In this document: positions 7,514 to 16,805 of the stretch, piece by piece
Numbering within the stretch: position 1 is the stretch's first letter
How the letters are laid out: every line of letters starts with the position of its first letter
Source of the DNA: Candidatus Saccharimonadales bacterium
Lineage (GTDB): Bacteria; Patescibacteriota; Saccharimonadia; UBA4664; SCTI01
DNA: 64,000 bases
Direction of reading: 5' to 3'
NCBI GenBank assembly: GCA_035479795.1
Contig: DATIII010000008.1
Coordinates: 94,487 to 158,486, forward strand
Program-made: the position numbers and the translations under genes
The notes under the pieces: model-generated
Database searches by the model: none
What the model was told of the DNA's origin: nothing
What the model saw: only the letters and a program-made list of their open reading frames with translations

Positions 7514-9535
7514 CTATTTAAGTAGTTTCAGCAGGCCGGTTTCATCAATTTGCTTTGTGCCGTGCTTCTCGGCCTGTTTCACCTTACTTCCACCTGGAGA
7601 ATCGCCAATTATCAGATAGGTTGTATCTTTGGTGACGCTGTTTTGGAGCTTGCCGCCGAGAGCCACGATTTTTTCGCTAGCCGCCTCACGGCTAAATGCG
7701 TCAAGAGTCCCGGTAATCACAAAGCTCTGGCCGGTCAACCGTCCCTCGACCCGTTTACGCTCAACCGGGCGTACGCCAACCGCAGTCAATTTTTCGAGAT
7801 AATTTTGATGTCGCTTCGAATTTAGCCATTCATAGACGCTGCCGGCCACGACTTTGCCAATGCCCGCAACGTCCTGCAGTTCATCCAGTGAGACCTGCCT
7901 GAAGCGGTTAAGTGAGCCAAAGTGATCTGCCAAATCAATGGCAGTCTGCTGTCCAACATGGCGAATACCTAGAGCGTAGATAAAACGATCAAAGCTAATA
8001 TTTTTGCGATCTTGGATCGAGTCGACCAACTTACGAGCCGAAATATCGGCGAATCGCTCTAGCTTTACCAGTTGATCGTAGGTAAGTGAAAACAGATCGG
8101 CCGCGTCCTCCACCAGCTCAGCATCGATCAGCGCCTCCACATTCTTCTCGCCCATCCCCTCAATATCGTAGGCATCTTTGGAGGCAAAATGTACCACGCG
8201 ACCCCACTTTAGCGCGGGGCAATCAAAGTTAACACAACGCCAAACCGCTTCCTCGCTGCCCTTTCCCAGTGGCTGGCCGCAAACCGGACAGTTCTTCGGC
8301 ATTACAAAGGGCTTTTCCTTACCGGTTCTAAGCTTTGGCAGCGGCGCTACCACCTCCGGAATAATGTCCCCTGCCTTCTGGACAATGACGGTGTCACCAA
8401 TCCGAATATCCTTGCGGGCTACCTCGCCGGCATTGTGCAATGTGGCCATTTTGACAGTTGAGCCCGCAATTTTCACAGCCTCGAGCACAGCAAAGGGCGT
8501 AGCCGCACCGGTTCGCCCAATCGACACCATAATCTCCTTCAGGATAGTTGTCGCTTGCTCAGCCGGAAACTTATAGGCTACTGAACCGCGCGGGGCTTTA
8601 CCAACTACCCCCAGGGCGTTATAGATGGCCGTATCGTTTATAGTCGCCACCAGCCCATCGGTGCCATATGGCAGGTCGTGTCGCTTGTCCTCCCACTTAT
8701 GAGCAAACTTCATGATACCCTCGACTCCTTCAACCACCTCGCTATGGGGTTCCACCTTGAAACCCAGTTTGGCCGCCAACTCATGCTGAGCCCCGTGAGT
8801 ATCGAGACCGGGTACATTTGTCGCCAGTGCATATACATGAAAGCTCAGCGGTCTGGCTGCCACTAGCGCCGGATCTAGTTGGCGGATGGTGCCAGCGGCC
8901 GTATTGCGAGGGTTGGCAAACAACGGCTGACCCGCCTCTTCTCGCTCGGCATTGAGCCTACCGAAAACGGCTTTGTACATCATTACTTCCCCACGCACTT
9001 CAAACCGTCCCCGATATACAACATCAGGCACTCCGGGGTCACGACGCAGCACCAACGGTACCTGATCAATCGTCCGAATATTAGCTGTCACATCCTCACC
9101 CGTGCGGCCGTCCCCACGAGTCAATGCCCGAACTAGTAGTCCATCTTCATAAATAACCGCCGCCGCCAAGCCGTCCATTTTGATTTCAACATAAAACTCT
9201 TCGTCCAGGCCAGGTTGTAGCTTTTTAATCCGATCGACCCACGCCCTAGCCTCGGCTTCGTCAAACACGTCTTGCAGGCTAAGCATGGGCGCAGTGTGGG
9301 CTACAGCCGCAAACTTGGAGCTCGGCTTACCCGCTACTCGCTGGGTCGGGGAATCAGGTGTAATTAGGTCTGGAAACTGATCTTCCAACTGGCTGAGCTC
9401 ATGTTTAAGGCTGTCGGCCGCCGCCTCGCTCATCGTCGATTTGTCTAGCACATGATAGTAATAACGATAGTCATTAATCTGCTCGCGCAGCTTGGCAATC
9501 CGCTCCGCCGCCTGGTCTTTCTCAGGCAGCGGCAT
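7514..9535 (-). CDS. ligA: NAD-dependent DNA ligase
   Basis: EIKMDG adenylation motif, TRGDGRTGEDVT, FANPRN, Zn finger CPVC, HhH and BRCT (FVITGTL) domains. Confidence 0.98.
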   Translation of the reverse strand: MPLPEKDQAAERIAKLREQINDYRYYYHVLDKSTMSEAAADSLKHELSQLEDQFPDLITPDSPTQRVAGKPSSKFAAVAHTAPMLSLQDVFDEAEARAWVDRIKKLQPGLDEEFYVEIKMDGLAAAVIYEDGLLVRALTRGDGRTGEDVTANIRTIDQVPLVLRRDPGVPDVVYRGRFEVRGEVMMYKAVFGRLNAEREEAGQPLFANPRNTAAGTIRQLDPALVAARPLSFHVYALATNVPGLDTHGAQHELAAKLGFKVEPHSEVVEGVEGIMKFAHKWEDKRHDLPYGTDGLVATINDTAIYNALGVVGKAPRGSVAYKFPAEQATTILKEIMVSIGRTGAATPFAVLEAVKIAGSTVKMATLHNAGEVARKDIRIGDTVIVQKAGDIIPEVVAPLPKLRTGKEKPFVMPKNCPVCGQPLGKGSEEAVWRCVNFDCPALKWGRVVHFASKDAYDIEGMGEKNVEALIDAELVEDAADLFSLTYDQLVKLERFADISARKLVDSIQDRKNISFDRFIYALGIRHVGQQTAIDLADHFGSLNRFRQVSLDELQDVAGIGKVVAGSVYEWLNSKRHQNYLEKLTAVGVRPVERKRVEGRLTGQSFVITGTLDAFSREAASEKIVALGGKLQNSVTKDTTYLIIGDSPGGSKVKQAEKHGTKQIDETGLLKLLK

Positions 9536-10347
9536 TATTTTAGACCTTTGTAGTATCGATAAAGGTAAAGGTTAGAAAGTGGCAACACCGTTAGCGCGAT
9601 AACCACCTGAATGAGCACCAGTACAAAAACATTCTGAGTAAAGTTAGCTAGCAAGGCTAGAAGACCAATTGGCACCACCAGCATCAATGCCAGCAGAAAG
9701 ACCAGGGCGATCATGCGACCGAGAGTCATAACCACTTTGCCTTTGGTGAGCAGCCGACTATGCCTAATTGCCTCCCACGGGCCCAGGTCAGTCTCGAAGA
9801 TGGCATAGAGCCCCCACAAACCGCGGGTGATCATTACAATACTGGGCACCGAGACGATCAGGGCGAGCAACCCCATCAGGGTTTTTTCGGCCGGCGACAG
9901 GGCCGTGCCCGGAGCTACAACTCCAAAGGCGAAAATAAGTAATCCGAGTAGCAGCGGCAGCAGCATAACCGTTAGCATTAATGCCACCAGGATCATACGG
10001 ATAAACATGGCCGAGCCCTTGTAATAAGATTCCCTAACCCCCACCTGATCACCATTTAGGAGTTGGACGATGGCGTAAACCAAGGCCACATTCATGGCCA
10101 GCTGTGCAAAGGTTAGATAAGCCGAAAGCGTGGTGTCACTGCCCGGATCCACCGCCAAGTTGGCTAGTAAAGCCACCGGCAAAATAACCGTCAGGATTAT
10201 CAGAACCAGAGCCCGTTTGTGCTTTCTAAAATCTTTCATCGACTGTTTAAACAGCGTCCACGGCTTAGGGTGCTTCTGGTGCTGATCACGCCAACTAATG
10301 ATGGAATTGCGAAACCATTCGAGCGGATGTCGTAGGTTATTCATCAT
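9535..10347 (-). CDS. multi-pass membrane protein
   Basis: About 6 TM helices; GPWEAIRHSRLLTKG motif typical of DUF7544/GPDPase-membrane-like proteins. Confidence 0.75.
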   Translation of the reverse strand: MMNNLRHPLEWFRNSIISWRDQHQKHPKPWTLFKQSMKDFRKHKRALVLIILTVILPVALLANLAVDPGSDTTLSAYLTFAQLAMNVALVYAIVQLLNGDQVGVRESYYKGSAMFIRMILVALMLTVMLLPLLLGLLIFAFGVVAPGTALSPAEKTLMGLLALIVSVPSIVMITRGLWGLYAIFETDLGPWEAIRHSRLLTKGKVVMTLGRMIALVFLLALMLVVPIGLLALLANFTQNVFVLVLIQVVIALTVLPLSNLYLYRYYKGLK

Positions 10348-10348
10348 T

Positions 10349-10470
10349 GCGGCAATCCTGTTTCGATGCAGTTCAAGGACGAGCGAGCACCGTAAGCGAA
10401 GCGTACATGAAGGTACGTTAAGCGCGGAGCGGAAGTTCGGACGCCGAAATGTGCGATAGAGGCTTGCCGC
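10349..10470. repeat. ~120-nt palindromic element, copy B
   Basis: GCGGCAATCCT/AGGCTTGCCGC ends; core CGTAC-atgaag-GTACG; fills the intergenic gap downstream of htpX. Confidence 0.75.
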
Positions 10471-10474
10471 TTCA

Positions 10475-11362
10475 TTATACCTTCCCCTCCATGTCTCGGA
10501 GTTTCCTAATCCGATCCTCGATTGGCGGATGGGTACTAAAGAGATTAGCTACCAAGGCACCAGCTTTGCGACCAGCCAACGGGTTAGAAATATACATGTG
10601 GGCGTTAGCCGTGGAGGCGTGGCGCAATGGGCGGCCGGCGTGCTCGATCTTCTCCAGCGCGCGAGCTAAACCTTCTGGATAGCGAGTCAGTAGCGCTCCC
10701 GAAGCGTCGGCCAAATACTCACGGCGGCGCGAAACGGCCAACTGCAGCAGGGTGGCCACGATCGGCGCCAGGATGGCTAGAACGATCCCAATGATCATGA
10801 ACACCGGATTATTATCTTCCTCGTCGTCACCACCAAAGAAGTTCCAGCGGAAAAAGAAATCACTCAGCAGCGAAACCACCGTCACCAGGACCATGACAAT
10901 CGCCATAAAACGAATGTCGTAGTTCCCAACGTGGCTCAGCTCGTGAGCCAATACACCCTCCAGCTCTTCCTTTTCCATCACCTCCAAAATGCCAGTCGTC
11001 ACCGCCACCACAGCATGCTTCGGGTCGCGACCAGTAGCAAAAGCGTTAGGTGATGGATCATCGATAATGTAGACCCTGGGCATCGGCAGACCGGCAGTGA
11101 TCGCAAGATTTTCCACAATCCGATATAACTCAGGCGCATCCTTTTTGGCCACCTCACGAGCACCAGAAAGACTCAGAGCAATCTGGGCTGAGGCATAATA
11201 CCCAATTGTGGCGTACGCCAGCGAGCCCAGGCCGGCGAACACAAAAATTCCGGGATGATTAGTCGCTCGGGCAAAAACGTACCCGAGTATGGACACAAAG
11301 CCGACGAAGCCTATGGTTAACAACCATGATCTGCGCTTATTTGCCGCAATCTGAGTGTACAC
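10475..11362 (-). CDS. htpX: M48 zinc metalloprotease HtpX
   Basis: PNAFATG, GVLAHELSH, SRRREYLAD and FSTHPP motifs. Confidence 0.95.
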   Translation of the reverse strand: MYTQIAANKRRSWLLTIGFVGFVSILGYVFARATNHPGIFVFAGLGSLAYATIGYYASAQIALSLSGAREVAKKDAPELYRIVENLAITAGLPMPRVYIIDDPSPNAFATGRDPKHAVVAVTTGILEVMEKEELEGVLAHELSHVGNYDIRFMAIVMVLVTVVSLLSDFFFRWNFFGGDDEEDNNPVFMIIGIVLAILAPIVATLLQLAVSRRREYLADASGALLTRYPEGLARALEKIEHAGRPLRHASTANAHMYISNPLAGRKAGALVANLFSTHPPIEDRIRKLRDMEGKV

Positions 11363-11364
11363 GG

Positions 11365-11658
11365 CTAGCCCTTAAGTAGCTTATTAAGCAATATATCGGC
11401 GGCGGCCGTATCGATGGCCGGATAAATTTTATTTACCAACTCCAGCACGGCGGCTAACCGAACCAGCGGCTCGGGGTTGAGTTTGTGCTGGGCCATCAGA
11501 TCGGCCGCTACAGCTGCCGGTACATCGGCAATGGCCTGACGAATGTGATGGGCTAGGACATTGGTTTCCGAGTCGCTAAATTCCTCGCCCACGCTAACTA
11601 GCTCCTTGGCCAGTGCCAGGGCATTCTTCCACGAATCTGTACGCTTAATTTCATCCAA
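11365..11658 (-). CDS. degenerate four-helix-bundle protein (23S-IVP/TIGR02436-like)
   Basis: SWKNALALAKEL, FSDSE, LAHHIRQAIADVPAAVA parallel the family pattern W..A..L...FP.EE..L..QIRRAAVSIP.NIA. Confidence 0.6.
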   Translation of the reverse strand: MDEIKRTDSWKNALALAKELVSVGEEFSDSETNVLAHHIRQAIADVPAAVAADLMAQHKLNPEPLVRLAAVLELVNKIYPAIDTAAADILLNKLLKG

Positions 11659-11676
11659 CTTTTATCTAAACTCCAG

Positions 11677-12231
11677 CTAAAGCTTAACTTCGACTGGCTT
11701 ATCGATCTCCGCTTGGTTGTCGACTCCAAAGAATTCGCGAGCCTTAAAGCCCAACATGCCACCAAACAGGTTGGTCGGAAAAACTTGCAGCTTGGTGTTG
11801 AAATCACGGACATTACCGTTGTAGAAGCGGCGAGCCGCCTGAATCTTATCTTCGGTATCCACCAGCTCATCCTGTAGGGCTTTGAAGTTTTCGTTAGCCT
11901 TTAGCTGTGGGTAGGCCTCGGCCACGGCAAATAGGCTCTTTAGAGTACCGGCCAGCTGGTTTTCAGCCTGAGCCTTGTCCGCCATTCCGGTGGCGCCCAT
12001 AGCGGCACTGCGCGCGGCGCTGACATCAGAAAAGACCTTAGATTCGTGCGTGGCATAACCCTTGACCGTGGTGACCAGGTTAGGGATCAGATCGTACCGG
12101 CGCTTCAGCTGGACATTAATGTCGCTCCAGGCCTCGTCCGTCCGGTTCTTTGACTGAATCAGGCTATTGTAAACACCAATAACCCCAATCAGGATTACGG
12201 CTAATATTGCGATTACGATCCACATCGTCAT
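11677..12231 (-). CDS. lemA: LemA family protein
   Basis: AWSDINVQLKRRYDLIPNLV, EAYPQLKAN and RRFYN motifs. Confidence 0.95.
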   Translation of the reverse strand: MTMWIVIAILAVILIGVIGVYNSLIQSKNRTDEAWSDINVQLKRRYDLIPNLVTTVKGYATHESKVFSDVSAARSAAMGATGMADKAQAENQLAGTLKSLFAVAEAYPQLKANENFKALQDELVDTEDKIQAARRFYNGNVRDFNTKLQVFPTNLFGGMLGFKAREFFGVDNQAEIDKPVEVKL

Positions 12232-12300
12232 GGTTTTGTACCTTGTTATTTTGGCTTATTATACCATTTTTGTGAGGTATTTGTATCTCAAAATACTACA

Positions 12301-12326
12301 CGCCCCCTCTAGTGAAAGAGGGGGCG
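12301..12326 (-). terminator. hairpin closing the GC-rich cluster
   Basis: CGCCCCCTCT/AGAGGGGGCG 10-bp stem 3 nt after the stop; weak U-tract. Confidence 0.55.
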
Positions 12327-12329
12327 CTG

Positions 12330-12608
12330 TTACTCGCGGAGGCGGGTAACGTCGAGGGTGACGCGGCTGACGTCGTCGATCTCGTTGCAGAGGCGCTTCG
12401 AAAGCTCCTCCATCCGCTTGAAAAAGTCCTCCTCGGGCTCCCCGTCATCCGGACATGCAGTAACCATCACGACCTTGCTGACATGAGGCTCATCACCCTT
12501 AACGCCTTTGGTCCTCAGCCGCGGCGGGCACCAGACCTCGAACGGACGGCCAGCCAGCTCATCGGCGATGATCAGCTTGGCAGCCCGCTGCACCTCACGG
12601 GCTCTCAT
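12330..12608 (-). CDS. stand-alone GMP-synthase C-terminal-domain-like protein
   Basis: 92 aa from MRAREV; TKGVKGD, MVTA and LSKRLCNEIDDVSRVTLDVT resemble GuaA C-terminal GVxGD...I.NE...V.RV..D.T; ATGA-coupled start. Confidence 0.6.
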   Translation of the reverse strand: MRAREVQRAAKLIIADELAGRPFEVWCPPRLRTKGVKGDEPHVSKVVMVTACPDDGEPEEDFFKRMEELSKRLCNEIDDVSRVTLDVTRLRE

Positions 12609-12772
12609 GGCCGGCCTCGCAGGTCCCACTTCAGCCAATCCCAGCCGACAATCATCCCGACGGCAATTACTCCAGCGATTAGCCCGAGCCAAGAATCGGA
12701 GGCAGCGACCGCCAAGGCACCTGGCAAGCTAGCCATGGCAGCGACAACTAGCCAGTAGTGCCTCTGACGCAT
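12605..12772 (-). CDS. 55-aa two-TM membrane protein (not in ORF track)
   Basis: MRQRHYWLVVAAMASLPGALAVAASDSWLGLIAGVIAVGMIVGWDWLKWDLRGRP; stop overlaps the next ATG (ATGA). Confidence 0.55.
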   Translation of the reverse strand: MRQRHYWLVVAAMASLPGALAVAASDSWLGLIAGVIAVGMIVGWDWLKWDLRGRP

Positions 12773-12808
12773 GTAGGTCCGGAAATGGAACTTTCAGATT
12801 CTTCAACA

Positions 12809-13312
12809 CTACCGACTCCTCTCATAGGGGTTCTCCTCGGCCAGCTTGCGGGCGCGCTTTTCGATAATGCGCTCCTCCACACCGGTCAGCCGCATATTCG
12901 AAGGATGATGGCTGTCGCTCAAGACATAGCCGATGTAGATCCAGCAAAGACAGTCGAACAGATACTGGGAGCCATGATTGTTCAGGCCGTCACGGTTGGC
13001 TTTCCAAACTGCGTCTGCATGAACCCAGATTTCATGCGGAACCTTTGGCTTACCGGGGGTTCTTGCGGCGCTCTGAATGACCTTGAGCGTGCGCAAAACA
13101 TGATCACTGGACGTCAGTACGACCCTGACATCCCTTGCCTCGTCGGCGCTGCTTACAACCTCGACATGACGCTTGAACCATTCAGCACCCACTGACTGAC
13201 TGAGTCCATTGAGACTCACCCCAGCCTTTTCGGCAACCTGGCCCAAAGTGGCATTACCGCACAAATCATGCAGCGCCAGCAGAATCTGCTTCTGCCTAGT
13301 GTTTAGGCCCAC
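12809..13312 (-). CDS. winged-HTH-containing hypothetical protein
   Basis: LNTRQKQILLALH...ATLGQVAEKAGVSLNGLSQ; SD (GAGGTGAGGA) upstream of GTG. Confidence 0.65.
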   Translation of the reverse strand: MGLNTRQKQILLALHDLCGNATLGQVAEKAGVSLNGLSQSVGAEWFKRHVEVVSSADEARDVRVVLTSSDHVLRTLKVIQSAARTPGKPKVPHEIWVHADAVWKANRDGLNNHGSQYLFDCLCWIYIGYVLSDSHHPSNMRLTGVEERIIEKRARKLAEENPYERSR

Positions 13313-13327
13313 TTCCTCACCTCGCTT

Positions 13328-13897
13328 TCAGAGTTGGATTTGGCTTGCGCCGGGCCGAAAGATGGGCTCATGTTCACCCCATCCGGGCTGGCCGCGGCAG
13401 TCGCTCACGATGCCGTCGATCTCCACCCGGCAGATAGGGCAATGAGTCTTGCCCTCGGCCACCAACGAGTCACGTAGCTCCAACGGCCGGTCAGCCAGCT
13501 CACGACGGATCTCATGCCAACGCTGCTCCACGTCTTCCAGGGCTCGCCCCAATGCCCCACGAAGCCGGCCAAGATCGCCAAACGGAAAGCCCTGCCCACC
13601 GGTGGCCGACAGGTAGGAGCGGCCAGTATCACCAATCGGGTCTATCTGACTGAGAGCTTGAGTCAGATCGACATGGAGCTGCCGCCAAGGGGTAGTTCTG
13701 TCTAGATCGTCTTCGCGCCAGCGGATGGCCGAGGTCCGACGAGCATCGACCGATGCCGGCGTGCCGCGTAGCTCGAGCATGCGGGTGCACGGCAGCGGTT
13801 CACCACAGCCCTCGCAGACCGGCCGGTAATTCATAGGTCGATGGCCCTCAGCAGCGGCCGGATCAGGCAGGGTTGACGTCAGAGTTGGTGGCGCCAT
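13328..13897 (-). CDS. hypothetical protein with two Cys clusters (putative Zn ribbons)
   Basis: CEGCGEPLPC and CPIC...C...H; SD AAGGAG. Confidence 0.7.
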   Translation of the reverse strand: MAPPTLTSTLPDPAAAEGHRPMNYRPVCEGCGEPLPCTRMLELRGTPASVDARRTSAIRWREDDLDRTTPWRQLHVDLTQALSQIDPIGDTGRSYLSATGGQGFPFGDLGRLRGALGRALEDVEQRWHEIRRELADRPLELRDSLVAEGKTHCPICRVEIDGIVSDCRGQPGWGEHEPIFRPGASQIQL

Positions 13898-13918
13898 TAG
13901 TTTCTCCTTTTCAAGGTT

Positions 13919-14407
13919 CTATGCCCACACCAACTGGTATGGAACTTTCTTTTGTATCCGCTCGATTGCCTCGTCCAGCAGCTTGCCCAGATTGTAGGGT
14001 TTCGGCTGGCTGGCGTTCCACAGGGCGTATCTGATTTGCCCTGCCGAAAAGCCCATGAAGCCAGCAATATCCCGCGGCTCCAATGCGGTCAGCTGATCGG
14101 CCAAGAGGATCGTCCACATCCGTGCCCAATCCTCCATGCCTTGACGCCCCTTGGGGAGACGAACGGGGTTTACGGGATAGGAACCACAGATGTCTTGAGC
14201 GATGGCCGTCAGGACGTCGTGGCCCAGATCGATCTCGGCCACGGCCTTGAGGTGGTTTTCGCGGCCTCCCTTATTCCAGATTGAGTAGCCCAGACAGGCG
14301 GCATCAAAACAGTTCCGGCACAGCCGGATTCCCTTGTACTTCTCGACTGCCCGAGGCGGCCCCTTGGTCCCCCAAGGGCAGCTCTCGCATTTTCCCTTGG
14401 GAGGCAT
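13919..14407 (-). CDS. Zn-finger plus DnaA-domain-IV-like HTH protein
   Basis: Start MPPKGK after SD GAGGTG; CESC...CRNC; WARMWTILLADQLTALEPRDIAGFMGFSAGQIRYA. Confidence 0.65.
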   Translation of the reverse strand: MPPKGKCESCPWGTKGPPRAVEKYKGIRLCRNCFDAACLGYSIWNKGGRENHLKAVAEIDLGHDVLTAIAQDICGSYPVNPVRLPKGRQGMEDWARMWTILLADQLTALEPRDIAGFMGFSAGQIRYALWNASQPKPYNLGKLLDEAIERIQKKVPYQLVWA

Positions 14408-14467
14408 TCTCACCTCGTTTTGGTATTGGTGTTCACAGATTAGATAAAGCCGACAATTATTGCAAAT

Positions 14468-14553
14468 TGGTGGGAGAGGTGGGACTCGAACCCACAAGCC
14501 CGTAAAGGCAGCGGATTTTAAGTCCGCCGTGTATACCATTCCACCACTCTCCC
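14468..14553 (-). tRNA. tRNA-Leu(UAA)
   Basis: GGGAGAG acceptor, anticodon loop CU-UAA-AA, long variable arm, GGUUCGAGUCC, encoded CCA. Confidence 0.97.
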
Positions 14554-14687
14554 TGGAGGCACCTAGGGTATGTCGCTTCGCGACCTCCTTGCGGTGCTCG
14601 GAACATGCCTGAGCAAGCTCGGCGCGTTCCTGCGCTCCTCATCCACCGAACCCTGGGTTTCGCTTCCCCAGATCGATTAACTCTAAT
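14554..14687 (-). repeat. tRNA-Cys 3'-end duplication with palindromic insert
   Basis: 15-bp direct repeat TGGAGGCACCTAGGG at 14554-14568 and 14688-14702; hairpins such as GTCGC-ttc-GCGAC between them. Confidence 0.8.
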
Positions 14688-14761
14688 TGGAGGCACCTAG
14701 GGGAATCGAACCCCTGTAAAAGGTTTTGCAGACCTCTGCGTAACCACTCCGCCAAGGTGCC
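14688..14761 (-). tRNA. tRNA-Cys(GCA)
   Basis: GGCACCU acceptor, CU-GCA-AA loop, GGUUCGAUUCC, U73-CCA. Confidence 0.97.
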
Positions 14762-14886
14762 AACGATAAGATTATACATTGGCGCTATCAGATATAAAAC
14801 GCTATTGCCTAGCGGCATTGCCAAGACGCACCGAGGATGTCATAATCGGTATACGAGTATGCCCCACAAACCCAGGAGGGACACTG

Positions 14887-15276
14887 GTGAAGACTCGATT
14901 TAACCGTAGTGAAGGCTTCGAAGCACTCGTCGCCCAGGTTCACCGGCAGTTTGCCACCGACCCGAGGACGACCCACGAGATCTGCGAAGCAACCACTACC
15001 CCTCGCGCCAAGTGCGAGAGGTGGATAACGCCCTTTGGCGGCAGTACCTGCGTTCAAATGCTGCTCGCCGAATACGACACAGGTGGCCGGCTCTGCCAGC
15101 TGTCCGTCATCTCGGCCGATGGCCGCTGGCACGAGCTGGTTTCTGAAAACAACGGCGACGCCCCTGCTGGCAGACTGTCGCTTTGGACCGATACGGAATT
15201 GGCCCGAGCCACTGCAGCCAAGCTGCGACACTGTTTTAGGTGGCAGCGCCGCCCTAGCCTGGCCCTCGCGGCCTAG
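14887..15276 (+). CDS. hypothetical protein (GC-rich cassette)
   Basis: TTGCCA-17-CATAAT promoter at about 14818-14846, SD AGGAGG, GTG start (MKTRFNRS). Confidence 0.65.
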   Translation: MKTRFNRSEGFEALVAQVHRQFATDPRTTHEICEATTTPRAKCERWITPFGGSTCVQMLLAEYDTGGRLCQLSVISADGRWHELVSENNGDAPAGRLSLWTDTELARATAAKLRHCFRWQRRPSLALAA

Positions 15277-15318
15277 AACGCCATACAGCCGTTCTCTGAC
15301 ATGGATGTTGGAGGACGG

Positions 15319-16068
15319 CTAGTTGTTTTTATAAGCTTTTTGCCTGGCCGAGTGGCTTACGAAGTCAGAAAGTAACATCAGCCAGCTGTCATCCTGCTTG
15401 TACAACCATTCCGGATGAAACTGGGTCGCCATAATATAATGATTGCCATCTCCTTCCAGCACCTCAATGACGTTATCAGGAGCCATGGCCGCAATCTTTA
15501 AGCCCGGGGCAACGATATCCACGGCCTGATTATGCAGTGAGTTTACAGTCACGACATCACGTCCCATGATCTGGCGCAAGTGGGACTGCGGCCGGACGTG
15601 GATTTCATGAACAGGCAGGTCGAATTGTTTCTTTTTAAATGACTCGTCATGGTCGATCTCGGCATGACTCTGCGACGGGATGGTCTGATGCAAACTCCCG
15701 CCCATTACCACATTCATAATTTGAAGGCCGCGGCATACGCCAAACACCGGCTTTCGATCCAAAACACACCAACTGGCCATTACCATTTCGGCTTTATCCA
15801 CCCGAAGACTCGGCCGGTCAAGTTTACGTTGTATTTCCTGATGATAGAAACCCGGATCAATATCGCCGCCGCCACAGAACAGCATGCCGTCCAGAGTTTG
15901 ATAAATGCGCTTTAGGCTGGCAGTTTCAACCAACGGTACCAAAACCGGGGCTCCCCCGGCCGCCTCGATGGCTTCCACATAAGCCCCCAAAACGCCTTGG
16001 CGTTGCGGATACCATGACCGAGCCTCGTCATCCACCTCGCGGCAAACAATTCCCACCAGCGGTTTCAT
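15319..16068 (-). CDS. gamma-glutamyl-gamma-aminobutyrate hydrolase family (peptidase C26) glutamine amidotransferase
   Basis: GGGDIDP, FGVCRGLQIMNV, VNSLHNQAV and QFHPE motifs. Confidence 0.92.
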   Translation of the reverse strand: MKPLVGIVCREVDDEARSWYPQRQGVLGAYVEAIEAAGGAPVLVPLVETASLKRIYQTLDGMLFCGGGDIDPGFYHQEIQRKLDRPSLRVDKAEMVMASWCVLDRKPVFGVCRGLQIMNVVMGGSLHQTIPSQSHAEIDHDESFKKKQFDLPVHEIHVRPQSHLRQIMGRDVVTVNSLHNQAVDIVAPGLKIAAMAPDNVIEVLEGDGNHYIMATQFHPEWLYKQDDSWLMLLSDFVSHSARQKAYKNN

Positions 16069-16141
16069 AGTTCTTATGCTACGCCTTTATCCCGCCACAG
16101 TAAACACTATTCACATCTGGAAAGTTATTTAAAAGTCCTGG

Positions 16142-16732
16142 TTAATGGAACTTCTGGCCGGTCTTGAGCATTTCCATGATTGCATCCAGCCGTTTTTGGC
16201 GAGTTTCCGGCTTTATGGCGGTGTTGAGGCGGAAAGCGATGGCGTATTTATTGGCTTTGCTAAGCGTATTGTAGAACTCCTCGGCCTCAGGGTACCGTGA
16301 AAGCAGTTTTAAGAAATCAGCCGGCGTCTCCATATTGGCGGGCGAATCATAGGCGGCCTCCCAGCGACCATCAGTTTTGGCCGCCTCGATCTGCACTAAA
16401 CCAGCCGGACGCATTTTTTTATTGGCGATCAACCGCTCCACGTTTTCAATATTCTTCTTCGACCAAATGCTGCGCGGTCGCCTGGGCGTGAACTTCTGGA
16501 TAAAACTAATGTCGTCGTACTTGTTTACCAGGCTATCAATCCAGCCGAAACATAAGGCAACATCGACTGCTCCTCCCCAGTCGAGGGTGGGTTTGCCAGA
16601 TGCTTTTTTATAAAAGCGCAGCCAAACCCCAGGCTCCTTAGAATGATTTGCTTCAAGCCATGAATAAAACTCATCCCCGGTCTTAAAACTTTTTATAACT
16701 AATCCGTCTTTTTGTAGTTTTGGCATAATCAA
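16142..16732 (-). CDS. YdeI/OmpD-associated family protein
   Basis: ALCFGWIDS, FTPRRPRSIWS and KPETRQKR motifs. Confidence 0.9.
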   Translation of the reverse strand: MIMPKLQKDGLVIKSFKTGDEFYSWLEANHSKEPGVWLRFYKKASGKPTLDWGGAVDVALCFGWIDSLVNKYDDISFIQKFTPRRPRSIWSKKNIENVERLIANKKMRPAGLVQIEAAKTDGRWEAAYDSPANMETPADFLKLLSRYPEAEEFYNTLSKANKYAIAFRLNTAIKPETRQKRLDAIMEMLKTGQKFH

Positions 16733-16805
16733 ATATTACTCCCCTACTCCTGGAAATGTCTATGTGGCTATGCTACAATTTGACGGTTCGCCAGCCTGGC
16801 GACGC

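Noticed and set aside
11365-11658. Avd of a diversity-generating retroelement
   Set aside because: No reverse transcriptase or template/variable repeat pair seen; a degenerate IVP-like protein is the simpler reading
12301-14467. Prophage or integrative element at tRNA-Leu(UAA)
   Set aside because: No integrase or structural genes, and no duplicated tRNA 3' end at the distal boundary
14408-14824. ORFs or ORF extensions overlapping tRNA-Leu and tRNA-Cys (likewise 17948-18155)
   Set aside because: They overlap clear tRNA genes
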